Below, in pieces: positions 1 through 8,811 of a stretch of 64,000 nt of DNA. Position 1 is the stretch's first letter. Each line of letters opens with the position of its first letter. Made by a program: the position numbers and the translations under genes. Location: positions 6,563 to 70,562 of the forward strand of contig DASQWI010000023.1 of the NCBI GenBank assembly GCA_035640355.1. The letters run 5' to 3'. The notes beneath the pieces are model-generated. The model had not been told where the DNA came from. It searched no databases and worked only from the letters and a program-made list of their open reading frames with translations. The stretch is from Actinomycetota bacterium (lineage in GTDB: Bacteria > Actinomycetota > UBA4738 > HRBIN12).

Positions 1-209
1 ATCTGGCGTGTGGCGTCGAGGCCGTTGATCCCGGGCAAGTTCACGTCCATGAGGACGAGGTCCGGCGTGAGCTCGCGCGCAAGCGCGACGGAATCCTCGC
101 CGGTGTCGGCCTCGCCGACGACGTCGAACCCCTCCGTCGCCTCGACGACCAGACGCGCCGCCATACGGAACGGCTCCTGGTCGTCCACGATCAGCACACG
201 AACGGGCAT
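1..209 (-). CDS. Response regulator receiver domain protein, partial (N-terminus in window; gene continues past the window start)
   Basis: Reverse-complement translation of 1-209 gives MPVRVLIVDDQEPFRMAARLVVEATEGFDVVGEADTGEDSVALARELTPDLVLMDVNLPGINGLDATRQ, a typical CheY-like receiver (DD...D...K-region motifs). GGAGGA RBS upstream on the minus strand. The listed + ORF 10..231 is its antisense shadow. Confidence 0.6.
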   Translation of the reverse strand, partial: MPVRVLIVDDQEPFRMAARLVVEATEGFDVVGEADTGEDSVALARELTPDLVLMDVNLPGINGLDATRQ

Positions 210-306
210 CGCGCTTTCCTCCACGGTCTAGCGTCGCACGGGACGAGCCCAGCGACAGTGATGCCAACACCACAGTTGCATCGCCGTGCTACCGCGCAGA
301 GGCCGG

Positions 307-1431
307 TCAGCCGGCCGACGCGAGCCGCAGGAACGCCTGTTCCAAGACCAGCCGGGGGTTCAGGTTGACATCCTCGGCGAGGGCGGCCCGAGCCTCCTCG
401 GCGGCGGCGACGCCACCTGCCGAACCCGCGACCGACGCGATGGCGGGCGTGACGTCAGGATTCATCAGGACCTCCGATCCGCCTCCCACCACGGCCGCGA
501 CCCGATCGCGCAGGAGGGCCGAGACGGCGAGCAGGACGCGGTCGACGTAGTCGCGTTCGGCCCGGCGCACCTGTCGTTTGTGACGCTCCTCGATCCTGCG
601 GATCGCCGCCCGATAGGTGTCCTCTGGCCGGCCTCGCTCGTCGAGGAACGGCAGCAGATCGTCTTTCTGACTGTCTGCCACGTCCTTCTTGTAGCGCTCG
701 GCTTCCGCCAGGACGAGCTCCGCTGCCTCGAGCGCGCCCCCCGGGCCGGCGCCGGCGAGATCGACCGCGCGAATTGCGACATCGCGGAACGCGAGCCCGT
801 CCTTCTCCGCAGCGAGTCTGCGCGCTCGACCGAGGTTCCCCCCGGCGAGCCGAGCGGCCAGCCCGGCGCGTTCCGCGTCGATGCCCTCCATTTGAAGCGC
901 GTCCGAGACGAATCGCTCCGACAGCGGAAGGAACGACACGACGTGACAACGTGAGACGACCGTCTCGGGAAGCTCGTCCGGACGAGCCGAGAGCAACATG
1001 ATCACGGTGTCCGCGGGCGGTTCCTCCAGGATCTTCAGCAGGACGTCCGCCGCCGCGAGGTTCAGCCGATCTGCCTCACGGATCACGAACACCTTGCGTC
1101 CGGGTTCGGGCGCGGTTCGGTACGCGGGGTGCCAGACATCCGAACGGACCGTGTCGACGTGGATGTCGCGCCCCTCCGGCTCGACGACGACCTGGTTCGG
1201 GTGCTTGTCGGCGAGCGCGAGACGGCAATCGCGGCAGTCGCCACAGCCGCCGACGTGACACAGGAGCGCCGCCGCGAAGGCGCGGGCGCCGAGCGTCTTC
1301 CCGCCGCCCTCGGGACCGGCGAGCAGGTAGGCATGGTGCGGACGTTCGGCCGCCCGGCGGAGGAAGGCGATCGCCCGCTCCTGTCCGGGGACGCGATCCA
1401 GGACGGGAAACTCAGTCTGCGTTCTCCTCAC
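307..1431 (-). CDS. holB: DNA polymerase III delta-prime subunit
   Basis: 374-aa ORF with an AAA+ Walker A in delta-prime context (HAYLLAGPEGGGKT). Sits immediately downstream of, and overlapping, the dTMP kinase domain ORF, the conserved tmk-holB arrangement. Confidence 0.8.
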   Translation of the reverse strand: MRRTQTEFPVLDRVPGQERAIAFLRRAAERPHHAYLLAGPEGGGKTLGARAFAAALLCHVGGCGDCRDCRLALADKHPNQVVVEPEGRDIHVDTVRSDVWHPAYRTAPEPGRKVFVIREADRLNLAAADVLLKILEEPPADTVIMLLSARPDELPETVVSRCHVVSFLPLSERFVSDALQMEGIDAERAGLAARLAGGNLGRARRLAAEKDGLAFRDVAIRAVDLAGAGPGGALEAAELVLAEAERYKKDVADSQKDDLLPFLDERGRPEDTYRAAIRRIEERHKRQVRRAERDYVDRVLLAVSALLRDRVAAVVGGGSEVLMNPDVTPAIASVAGSAGGVAAAEEARAALAEDVNLNPRLVLEQAFLRLASAG

Positions 1432-3406
1432 GCTCCTTCACCACGTGCTTCAGCGCCTCGACGACCTTGTCGTGAACCTGCTCCGGCGGCCCGTCGGCAT
1501 CGACGACGACGAACCGCTCGGGATGTTCCTCTGCGATGCGAAGGTACGCGTCCGCGACCTTGGCGTGGAAGTCTCCGCCCTCCATCTCGATCCGGTCCGG
1601 CTCCTCGAGCGAGCGCAGGAGACCGGCCTCGGGCTCCAGGTGCAGGAGGATCACCAGATCGGGAAACAGGCCCTGCGTCGCCCACACGTTCAGGGTCAAG
1701 ACGTCCTGCTCGCCGAGGCCTCGCGCCCACCCTTGGTATGCCACGGACGAGTCGATATACCGGTCGGCGATGACGACCTTCCCTTCCGCGAGCGCGGGAC
1801 GGATGACCGTCATGACGAGTTGTGCGCGGCTCGCGGCGAACAACAGCGCCTCGGTCTTCGGCTCGAGGTGTCCCGTGTCATGACCGAGCAGCACTTTCCT
1901 GAGCTGTTCGCCGACCTCGGTCCCGCCAGGCTCCCGAGTCACGAGCACGTCGGCACCCTGCTCCTCGAGCCACTCCTGCGCCAGGCGGATCTGCGTGCCC
2001 TTACCGGCGCCCTCGACGCCCTCGAACGCGACGAACAGCCCCGCCGCGGGGGCGCGCTTGAGCTTCGGCACCAATCCGAGCGGTTGTGGCCTCGTCACGC
2101 GAAACCGGCGCAAACCGCGTCGCGTGAACGCGCCGGCGAGCACCGCGCCGAGCCCCGCAAGCGCCAACGCGGCGCGCGTGCCCGACAGGTCGATCCGGCG
2201 GTCCGCGATGGTGACGTCATGTTCGCCGATCGCCGACGCGATGATCGGAAACACCGTGAGGGACAGGAAGAGTCCCAGCCGCGACAGCACCGTGAGCGAT
2301 CCGAACGTTCTTCCACGGAACTCGTCTGTGACGTTCTCCTGCAAGAGAACGTAGCCACTGACCCACGCAGACCCGCAGAAGGCACCGAGCACGACCGTCA
2401 TCACCGCCGCGAGCTCGATGCCGGGGATCAAGGCGAGCACGAACAACATCGCGGCGGCGGCGATGATCGACCAGACAAAGACGAACTCTCGCTCCACGAA
2501 CTCGACCACCTTGTTCGAGGACGCCATCCCTATACCCATGCCGATGCCGAACGAGGTCACCAGGATTCCCCACCCGGGGTTACCCGCTCCGAGCGTTCGG
2601 GCGAATATGGGCCCGAGCGCGAGCACCGCGCCGACGGCACTGAACGCCGACACGATGCCGAGCGTCATGGCCGATGCGAGCGTGCTCTCGCGCAGGAACT
2701 TGAGGCCGTCGACGATGTCACGCCCCACGCGCGACAGCTCGAACTTCCCCACGCGGGCCGGCGCGGGGGAGGTGATGCGGATCCGCGAGACCAGCGAGGC
2801 GGAGACGGCGAAGGTCGCGCCATCGAGCCACAGCGCGAGCGATGTCGGATTGTCCTGGAGCCATGGCAGCAGATCTGAACCGCCAGAAAGGAACGCGAAC
2901 ACGAGGCCGCCGAGTGGCAACGTGCCGTACGTCGTGACCAGCCCGAGAGATGTCGCGTTGCCGAGCTGACGTCGTGGCACGAGGTTCGGCAGCGAAGCGT
3001 CGCGCGAGGGCGTCCACAAAAGCGAGAAGCACTCGATGACAAATGAGATCAGATAGATCGCCCACAACGGACCGAGGAATGGCATCACCACATAGAGCCC
3101 GCCGCGCGCGATGTCGGATCCGATCATGAGCGTCTTGCGGTCGAACCGGTCGACGAGCGCGCCGGCGAGCGGTCCGAACAGGATCGCCGGCAGCAGGCGC
3201 GCGACCATCACGCCGGCTACGGCGTAGCCCCCGCCCTTGCTCGCGACGAGCGCGGTCACCGCGACGAAGCCGACCCAGTCGCCGAACGAGCTGACCGTCT
3301 GCGCGATGAGGAGCCTGGAGAACTGGGTGTTGGTGACGAGATCCTTGAGGGTCGCGGGCCGGGTGCCACGGAGCGCGGCGACCTCATCCGCGAAGCTCGT
3401 CGACAC
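1412..3406 (-). CDS. tmk: Bifunctional MFS transporter / thymidylate (dTMP) kinase fusion
   Basis: Single 664-aa ORF. The N-terminal ~440 aa has multiple hydrophobic helices and MFS-like motifs. The C-terminal ~210 aa carries the Tmk signature (FVAFEGVEGAGKGTQ ... REPGGT ... DRY). No stop codon separates the two domains in the six-frame track. Confidence 0.75.
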   Translation of the reverse strand: MSTSFADEVAALRGTRPATLKDLVTNTQFSRLLIAQTVSSFGDWVGFVAVTALVASKGGGYAVAGVMVARLLPAILFGPLAGALVDRFDRKTLMIGSDIARGGLYVVMPFLGPLWAIYLISFVIECFSLLWTPSRDASLPNLVPRRQLGNATSLGLVTTYGTLPLGGLVFAFLSGGSDLLPWLQDNPTSLALWLDGATFAVSASLVSRIRITSPAPARVGKFELSRVGRDIVDGLKFLRESTLASAMTLGIVSAFSAVGAVLALGPIFARTLGAGNPGWGILVTSFGIGMGIGMASSNKVVEFVEREFVFVWSIIAAAAMLFVLALIPGIELAAVMTVVLGAFCGSAWVSGYVLLQENVTDEFRGRTFGSLTVLSRLGLFLSLTVFPIIASAIGEHDVTIADRRIDLSGTRAALALAGLGAVLAGAFTRRGLRRFRVTRPQPLGLVPKLKRAPAAGLFVAFEGVEGAGKGTQIRLAQEWLEEQGADVLVTREPGGTEVGEQLRKVLLGHDTGHLEPKTEALLFAASRAQLVMTVIRPALAEGKVVIADRYIDSSVAYQGWARGLGEQDVLTLNVWATQGLFPDLVILLHLEPEAGLLRSLEEPDRIEMEGGDFHAKVADAYLRIAEEHPERFVVVDADGPPEQVHDKVVEALKHVVKEREENAD

Positions 3407-3420
3407 CTCCGGCTACCCCT

Positions 3421-3541
3421 CTATGTCGCGGGGGTCCGCACAACGTTCGCTTCGCTCACCGTGCTACCCCCCGCTGCCCCCTCATGTTGCGGGGGTCCGC
3501 ACAACGTTCGCTTCGCTCACTGTGCTACCCCCCGCTGCCCC
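3421..3541. repeat. Tandem direct duplication (2 x ~61 bp, 3 mismatches) spanning the topA stop codon; each unit contains a GCGGGGG...CCCCCGC hairpin
   Basis: Unit 1 at 3424-3480 and unit 2 at 3485-3541 are near-identical (tgtYgcgggggtccgcacaacgttcgcttcgctcacYgtgctaccccccgctgcccc). Unit 2 includes the last codons and TAG stop (complement of 3525-3527) of topA. Unit 1 carries a degenerate copy of that stop at 3464-3466. Confidence 0.8.
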
Positions 3542-6053
3542 CGGTGGAGTCGACGTCGGGGGAGGCCGCGCTCGCCGCCGTCGCGCCGCTCGACGTGCGC
3601 TTGCGCGACGTCCGCTTGGCCGGCGACCGCTTGGAAGTCGAGCGCTTCCCGGTCGAGCGCTTGGCCGCGGTTTTCGCGGAGCGGGACTTGGCGCGTTCCG
3701 CACGCGCTGCCGCCTTCGCCGCGCGCGCGGCCGCCTCGGCCTCCGGATCCCCGTGCTTCTTCACGTTGAACGCCTTGTCCAGCTCGGCCCCGCAGTTCCA
3801 GCAACGGTAGCTCTTGGGACGTTCCAGAAGGAGCGACCCGCACTCGGGGCACGGACGATCCTTTACCGGCGGATTGCTGGCGGCGAAGTCGCACTCTGGA
3901 TAGCGGTCGCACCCGAAGAACATGCCGAATCGCGTGCGCTTCTCGACGATCTCGCCGCGCTTGCACTGCGGGCAGGTCACCCCGGTACTCTTCGGCGGGT
4001 CCTTCTTGATGTAGCGGCACTCCGGGTACCCGGAGCAGCCGACGAACGGGCCGTACCGGCCGACCTTGCGCTGGAGCGGACGCCCGCATTCCGGGCACCT
4101 CTCGTCGAGCGTTTCCGGCTCGGGGCGCTCCTCGCCGTTGATGTTGCGGATGTAGCGGCATCCACCGTCCTCCTCGGCGAACCGCGAGCACCCGATGAAT
4201 CGGCCGTACCGACCGAGTCGGATCTGCAGGCGGCCCGGAGGACGCCGCCCCTCCTCTATGCACCGCGGGCACTCCTCGTCGAGGTCCTCGACGTAGCGCT
4301 CGAACTTCTCCTCGGCGCGCTCGAGGTCCTCGGCGAATGGCACCCAGAACTCCTTCAATACGCCCGCGCGTTTCGCCTCACCCTCGGCGATCTCGTCGAG
4401 CTCCTGCTCCATCTTGGCCGTGAAGTTCACGTCGACGATCTCGGAGAAGTGCTCGACGAGCTTGTCGGTGACGACCTCGGCGACGTCCTCGGGGTAGAAA
4501 CGGCGATCCTCCAGCCGGACGTATCCACGGTCCTGGATCGTCGAGATGATCGACGCGTACGTCGACGGGCGCCCGATGCCGAGCTCCTCGAGCGTCTTCA
4601 CGAGCGACGCCTCGGTGTATCGGGGCGGCGGCTGCGTGAAGTGCTGCTCGGGTAGCACCTCGAGCATCCGCAGGAGCTGGTCCGCTGTGAGCTCGGGTAG
4701 GCGGCTCTCGGCGTCCTCGTCGATGCCTTCGTCGCGCCCCTCGGTGTACACGCGGATGAACCCGTCGAAGATCAGCGTCTGTCCGGTCGCGCGCAGTCCG
4801 TATGTCGCACCACCCGACTGAGGAGTCGCCTCGATGTCGACGCCGACCTGGTTGAACCGCGCTTCCGCCATCTGCGTGGCGACCGTTCGTTGCCAGATCA
4901 GCGTGTAGAGCCGCAGCTGATCGCGGTCGAGCGTGCTGGCGAGGCGATCCGGCGTCCGCAGCACCGAGGTCGGGCGGATCGCCTCGTGCGCCTCCTGCGC
5001 GCTCCGGGAACGGGTCTTGTAGCGACGCGGTTCGGACAGCATGTATAGCTCCCCGAACTCGCCCCTGATGACTTCCCCGATCTCGCGGATCGCGCTCTCG
5101 GCGAGGTTCACGGAGTCCGTTCGCATGTACGTGATGAGGCCAACCGTCCCCTCGCCGCGAAGGTCGACGCCCTCGTACAGGCGTTGCGCGATGGTCATCG
5201 TCTTGCGCGCCGTGAAGCTCAGCTTCCGCGCGGCTTCCTGCTGCAGCGTCGACGTCGTGAACGGCGGTGACGGCGAGCGCTTGCGCTCCTTCCGCTCGAC
5301 GTTCGCCACCCGATAGCCGGCGGACCGGAGACGCTCGACGTGCGTTGCCGCATCCGTCTCGTTCGAGAGGACGATCCCCTTCTTGTCGGGACTCGCGGCG
5401 AGCTTGCCCTCCGGGATCTGGGTCAGCCGCGCGGTGAACACGTGGTCGTCCTCATCCGGCGTGAGGCGAACGTCCACGCTCCAGTACTCGACGGCCTGGA
5501 ACGCCCGGATCTCGCGCTCGCGCTCCACGATCAGACGAACGGCGACCGACTGCACCCGCCCGGCGGAAAGCCCCGGGCGGACCCGGCGCCACAGGATCGG
5601 CGAGATCTTGTAGCCGACGAGTCGATCGAGTACGCGTCTGGCTTCCTGGGCGTCGAACAGCTTCAGGTCGATCTCCCGCGGGTGGCGGAACGCCTCCAGG
5701 ATCGCGTCACGGGTGATCTCGGTGAACGTGACGCGCTTGGCCTCACCCGGATCGAGCCCCAGCAGATCGGCCACGTGGTAGGCGATCGCCTCGCCTTCGC
5801 GGTCGTAGTCGGTCGCCAGGACGAGCTCTTCCGACTGCTTCAGGGCCTTCTTCAGCGCCGTGACGTGCTTCTTGGAATCCTCGGGGACCTCGTAGGTGAC
5901 GCGGAAGCCCCGATCGACGTCCACGCCGAGGTCGCTCTTGGGCAGGTCGCGGATGTGGCCGTAGGAGGCACGGACTGCGTAGTCCGGGCCCAGGTACTTC
6001 TCGATGGTCTTCGCCTTCGCGGGCGATTCCACGACCACCAGGGTCTTTGCCAT
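3525..6053 (-). CDS. topA: DNA topoisomerase I
   Basis: 842-aa ORF beginning MAKTLVVVESPAKAKTIEKYLG (Toprim). Has the catalytic core, C-terminal C4 zinc-ribbon repeats, and a Lys/Arg/Ala/Ser-rich basic tail typical of actinobacterial TopA. Confidence 0.9.
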   Translation of the reverse strand: MAKTLVVVESPAKAKTIEKYLGPDYAVRASYGHIRDLPKSDLGVDVDRGFRVTYEVPEDSKKHVTALKKALKQSEELVLATDYDREGEAIAYHVADLLGLDPGEAKRVTFTEITRDAILEAFRHPREIDLKLFDAQEARRVLDRLVGYKISPILWRRVRPGLSAGRVQSVAVRLIVEREREIRAFQAVEYWSVDVRLTPDEDDHVFTARLTQIPEGKLAASPDKKGIVLSNETDAATHVERLRSAGYRVANVERKERKRSPSPPFTTSTLQQEAARKLSFTARKTMTIAQRLYEGVDLRGEGTVGLITYMRTDSVNLAESAIREIGEVIRGEFGELYMLSEPRRYKTRSRSAQEAHEAIRPTSVLRTPDRLASTLDRDQLRLYTLIWQRTVATQMAEARFNQVGVDIEATPQSGGATYGLRATGQTLIFDGFIRVYTEGRDEGIDEDAESRLPELTADQLLRMLEVLPEQHFTQPPPRYTEASLVKTLEELGIGRPSTYASIISTIQDRGYVRLEDRRFYPEDVAEVVTDKLVEHFSEIVDVNFTAKMEQELDEIAEGEAKRAGVLKEFWVPFAEDLERAEEKFERYVEDLDEECPRCIEEGRRPPGRLQIRLGRYGRFIGCSRFAEEDGGCRYIRNINGEERPEPETLDERCPECGRPLQRKVGRYGPFVGCSGYPECRYIKKDPPKSTGVTCPQCKRGEIVEKRTRFGMFFGCDRYPECDFAASNPPVKDRPCPECGSLLLERPKSYRCWNCGAELDKAFNVKKHGDPEAEAAARAAKAAARAERAKSRSAKTAAKRSTGKRSTSKRSPAKRTSRKRTSSGATAASAASPDVDSTGGSGG

Positions 6054-6285
6054 GCGCGTATCACGTCCGTTTCTTTTGGAGGATGGAGGCCGGCTACCTC
6101 CAGGGGCCTCCGCGGCGAGGGTACCAGTACCCCGTCGTCAACCCGGGAAGCGCTCTTGAGGTCTCGGAAGAGGTCTCGGGAGATGTCCCGGGAGGCAACT
6201 CCGGCCGCGGCCGAACCTGTCCGATGAACGCGATGGTAGGGTCGCCGCATTCCCAGCGGCGCGGAGGCTGTCGCTGCTCGCCATC

Positions 6286-6978
6286 TTGAACTCGTTCGTC
6301 ACCGAGGAGATCGCCAGGTACGGCTACGTGGCGATCTTCGCCCTGATGGTCCTTGAATCGGCGTGCGTTCCGATCCCCTCCGAGGTGACGATGCTGTTCG
6401 GCGGGGCGCTGGTCACGGCCTCGGCGCTGGCGCCGGAGCAGCAGCTCGACCTGTGGCTGGTGACCCTGGCCGGGACCGGCGGGAACCTCGTGGGCTCGTG
6501 GCTGGCCTACTGGGCCGGGTACGCGGGAGGGCGTCCGTTCATCCACAGGTGGGGTCGGTACCTGTTGATCCGCCCCCACGAGGTCGACCGGGCGCACGAC
6601 TGGTTCGAGCGCCACGGCGAGCTCGCCGTATTCCTCGGTCGGCTCCTTCCGGTGGTCCGCACCTTCATCAGCCTGCCGGCGGGCGTGGTCCGGATGGGCT
6701 TTTGGCGCTTCACGACGTACACGGTTCTGGGGTGCTTTCCGTGGTGCCTGCTGCTGGCGTGGCTCGGGTACCTCCTCGGCAGGCGGTGGGAGACGGTCGA
6801 ACGGATCTTCCGCCCGTTCTCGTGGGGGATCGCCGTGGTCATCCTCGTCGGCGGTGTGTGGTTCGTGTGGCGCCGGATCCGAACGATCCGCCGGGAGGAG
6901 CTAGAGCTCGTGGCGCGCGCCGCCGAGGCCGAAACGATCGCGGAGCAGGCGCGGGAGTCGTCCGAAGAGCCCGCGTGA
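6286..6978 (+). CDS. DedA/VTT (SNARE-associated) family membrane protein
   Basis: 230-aa ORF with DedA-like motifs (VPIPSEVTMLFGG ... GGRPF ... FLGRLLPVVRTFISLPAG) and multiple TM segments. Confidence 0.75.
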   Translation: MNSFVTEEIARYGYVAIFALMVLESACVPIPSEVTMLFGGALVTASALAPEQQLDLWLVTLAGTGGNLVGSWLAYWAGYAGGRPFIHRWGRYLLIRPHEVDRAHDWFERHGELAVFLGRLLPVVRTFISLPAGVVRMGFWRFTTYTVLGCFPWCLLLAWLGYLLGRRWETVERIFRPFSWGIAVVILVGGVWFVWRRIRTIRREELELVARAAEAETIAEQARESSEEPA

Positions 6979-6987
6979 CGAACGACG

Positions 6988-7473
6988 CTAGGACAGATCG
7001 GCTCGCATGACCCAGGACTCGCCGTCCTCGCTCACGCGCTCGAACCCCGCACGCTCGTACATCATGCGCGAGCGGTTGTGCACGGCGACCGACAGCGACA
7101 GCGCCTGGAACCCGTCCTCCCGGGCCTGAACCATCAACGCGCGGAGGAGCGTCTCCCCGATCCCTCTCCTTCTATGGAGCGGCGCGACGGCGATCCCGAG
7201 CTCGGGCGTCTTCTCGTCGACGAACCCCCAGCCCGGCTCCTCCTCGGTGAACAGCCGGTACCACGCGGCGCCGACCGGCTCTCCGTCGAGCTCGGCGATG
7301 ACTCCTCCGTCCCCTCGGCGCCCCCACTCACGGTGATACCGCTCGAGCATGGGGTCGGCGAGGGCGGCGATCATCCGTTCGCGCGGCCAGTCCGAGTTCC
7401 ACGCCGCGGCCTCGTAGAGCATCTTCTTCAGGAACTCCACGTCACCGGGCCCGGCGGGCCGAACGTTCACGCG
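6988..7473 (-). CDS. GNAT family N-acetyltransferase
   Basis: Internal start MRVNVRPAG within the 251-aa ORF. Acetyl-CoA binding motif RRRGIGETLL. Confidence 0.7.
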   Translation of the reverse strand, partial: RVNVRPAGPGDVEFLKKMLYEAAAWNSDWPRERMIAALADPMLERYHREWGRRGDGGVIAELDGEPVGAAWYRLFTEEEPGWGFVDEKTPELGIAVAPLHRRRGIGETLLRALMVQAREDGFQALSLSVAVHNRSRMMYERAGFERVSEDGESWVMRADLS

Positions 7474-7585
7474 CATCGCCTCCGGGGAAGGACTGGAAGG
7501 GAACCCTAGCGCACCAACGCTCGGTCTGCGTCCGGCAAACCGTTCGCCCTCGCCGGTCGTACGCTCGAACGAAGGAGCCCAACGC

Positions 7586-8263
7586 GTGGAGAACCCGTTC
7601 CGCCCACCCCAGGCCGAGCAGTCGCTCGAGCCCATCCTGGGTTGGCGCGCGTGGCGTCTTATGCGGAACTCCACCGGCGACCTTCGCATCGTGCCGTCCA
7701 CGCCGCGCGCCGCCTGGGAGCCCCGCCAGCCGGTCCGCGCCACGTGCAGCGGCAGTCACACCCGCATGTACATGGTGTTCAACCCGGAGCTCGCCGCGTC
7801 GCACCACAGCCCAGAACCCGGGTGCACGTGCGGAATCCACGCGGTCAAGGATGCGGCGCGGCTCGCCCGCGCCGGTCGATCCACCGCCGTGATCGGTCGC
7901 GTCGCCATGTGGGGCCGCGTGATCGAGCACACCAAGGGGTACCGCGCGGAACAGGCGTACCCATCGCGACTCGCGCTTGTGTGCGCGTGGTGTCTGTGGC
8001 GCGGGCGCATGCCGGCGGCGCCGGACCGCGTCGTTCAGCGGGGAACGTGGCTCCGCCCGGTGTGCGCGGAACACTCGCGGCGGCCGACGGCCGTCGGCAG
8101 GTCGACCCCCGCGAACGATGTGCTCCAGGAGCTCCTCAACACGTATGAGGTCGACCGCCTGCCCGAGGAGATGTTTCGCCCGCTCGACGACCGGCGGCCG
8201 GGGGATCTGGTGACGCGGTTCCTTCGGGCGACCGATCGCGGGCGCACACCGCGATCGGCGTAA
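7586..8263 (+). CDS. Hypothetical Cys/His-rich protein (possible Zn-binding)
   Basis: 225-aa ORF with a GTG start. Motifs CSGSH, PGCTCGIHA, CAWC, PVCAEH. No family recognised. Confidence 0.45.
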   Translation: MENPFRPPQAEQSLEPILGWRAWRLMRNSTGDLRIVPSTPRAAWEPRQPVRATCSGSHTRMYMVFNPELAASHHSPEPGCTCGIHAVKDAARLARAGRSTAVIGRVAMWGRVIEHTKGYRAEQAYPSRLALVCAWCLWRGRMPAAPDRVVQRGTWLRPVCAEHSRRPTAVGRSTPANDVLQELLNTYEVDRLPEEMFRPLDDRRPGDLVTRFLRATDRGRTPRSA

Positions 8264-8266
8264 GCG

Positions 8267-8811
8267 TTACAGGTCGATCTCTTTCCCCACGCCCTGCAGC
8301 CCCTCGATCGACACGGCGATGAACTCGTCGAGAGGAAGCCCGATGCCGTCCTCGACGCCCGTGACCTCGTCGCGGTTCACCCCGGGCGCGAACGCCTTCT
8401 CCTTGAGCTTCTTCTTCACGCTCGGGACCTTCATCCCGGCGCTCCGCTCCGGACGAACGAGCGCCGCAGCGACGAGCAATCCTGCGACTGCGTCGGCGTG
8501 CACGACCGCCTTAGACATGCGATCGGTCCGGTACTCGGGGTAGGCGTGGGCGAGCACGCCGTTGATCACGCGCTCGTCGACGCCCGCCTCTCGGAGCCAC
8601 TCGGCGGCCATCCGCGCGTGGTTCGACGCGTCGTCGCCGGTGTGGTCCTGATCGAGGTCGTGGAACAGGCCCGTCAGCGCCCACAGGTCTTCGTCCTCGC
8701 CGAAGCGCCGGGCGAGCGCTCGCATCACGCCCTCGACCGAGATGAGGTGACGAACGGTCGTCTCCTTGAGGCATCTCTCCCGGCACAGGGCGATCGCGGC
8801 GTCTCGATCCA
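8267..8811 (-). CDS. HD-domain (HDIG-like) phosphohydrolase, translationally coupled to the upstream kimA-like gene
   Basis: Starts at MDRDAAIAL. HD motif H...HD (LISVEGVMRAL...LTGLFHDLD). Its ATG overlaps the upstream gene's TGA (TGATG). Confidence 0.7.

Noticed and set aside
1445-2878. 477-aa + ORF antisense to the MFS-tmk gene
   Set aside because: Arg/Pro/Gly-rich, low-complexity translation typical of spurious frames in ~70% GC DNA. The opposite strand encodes a protein with clear family motifs.
3237-4655. 472-aa + ORF and several others antisense to topA
   Set aside because: Same compositional signature (poly-Arg/Ala). topA on the minus strand is unambiguous.
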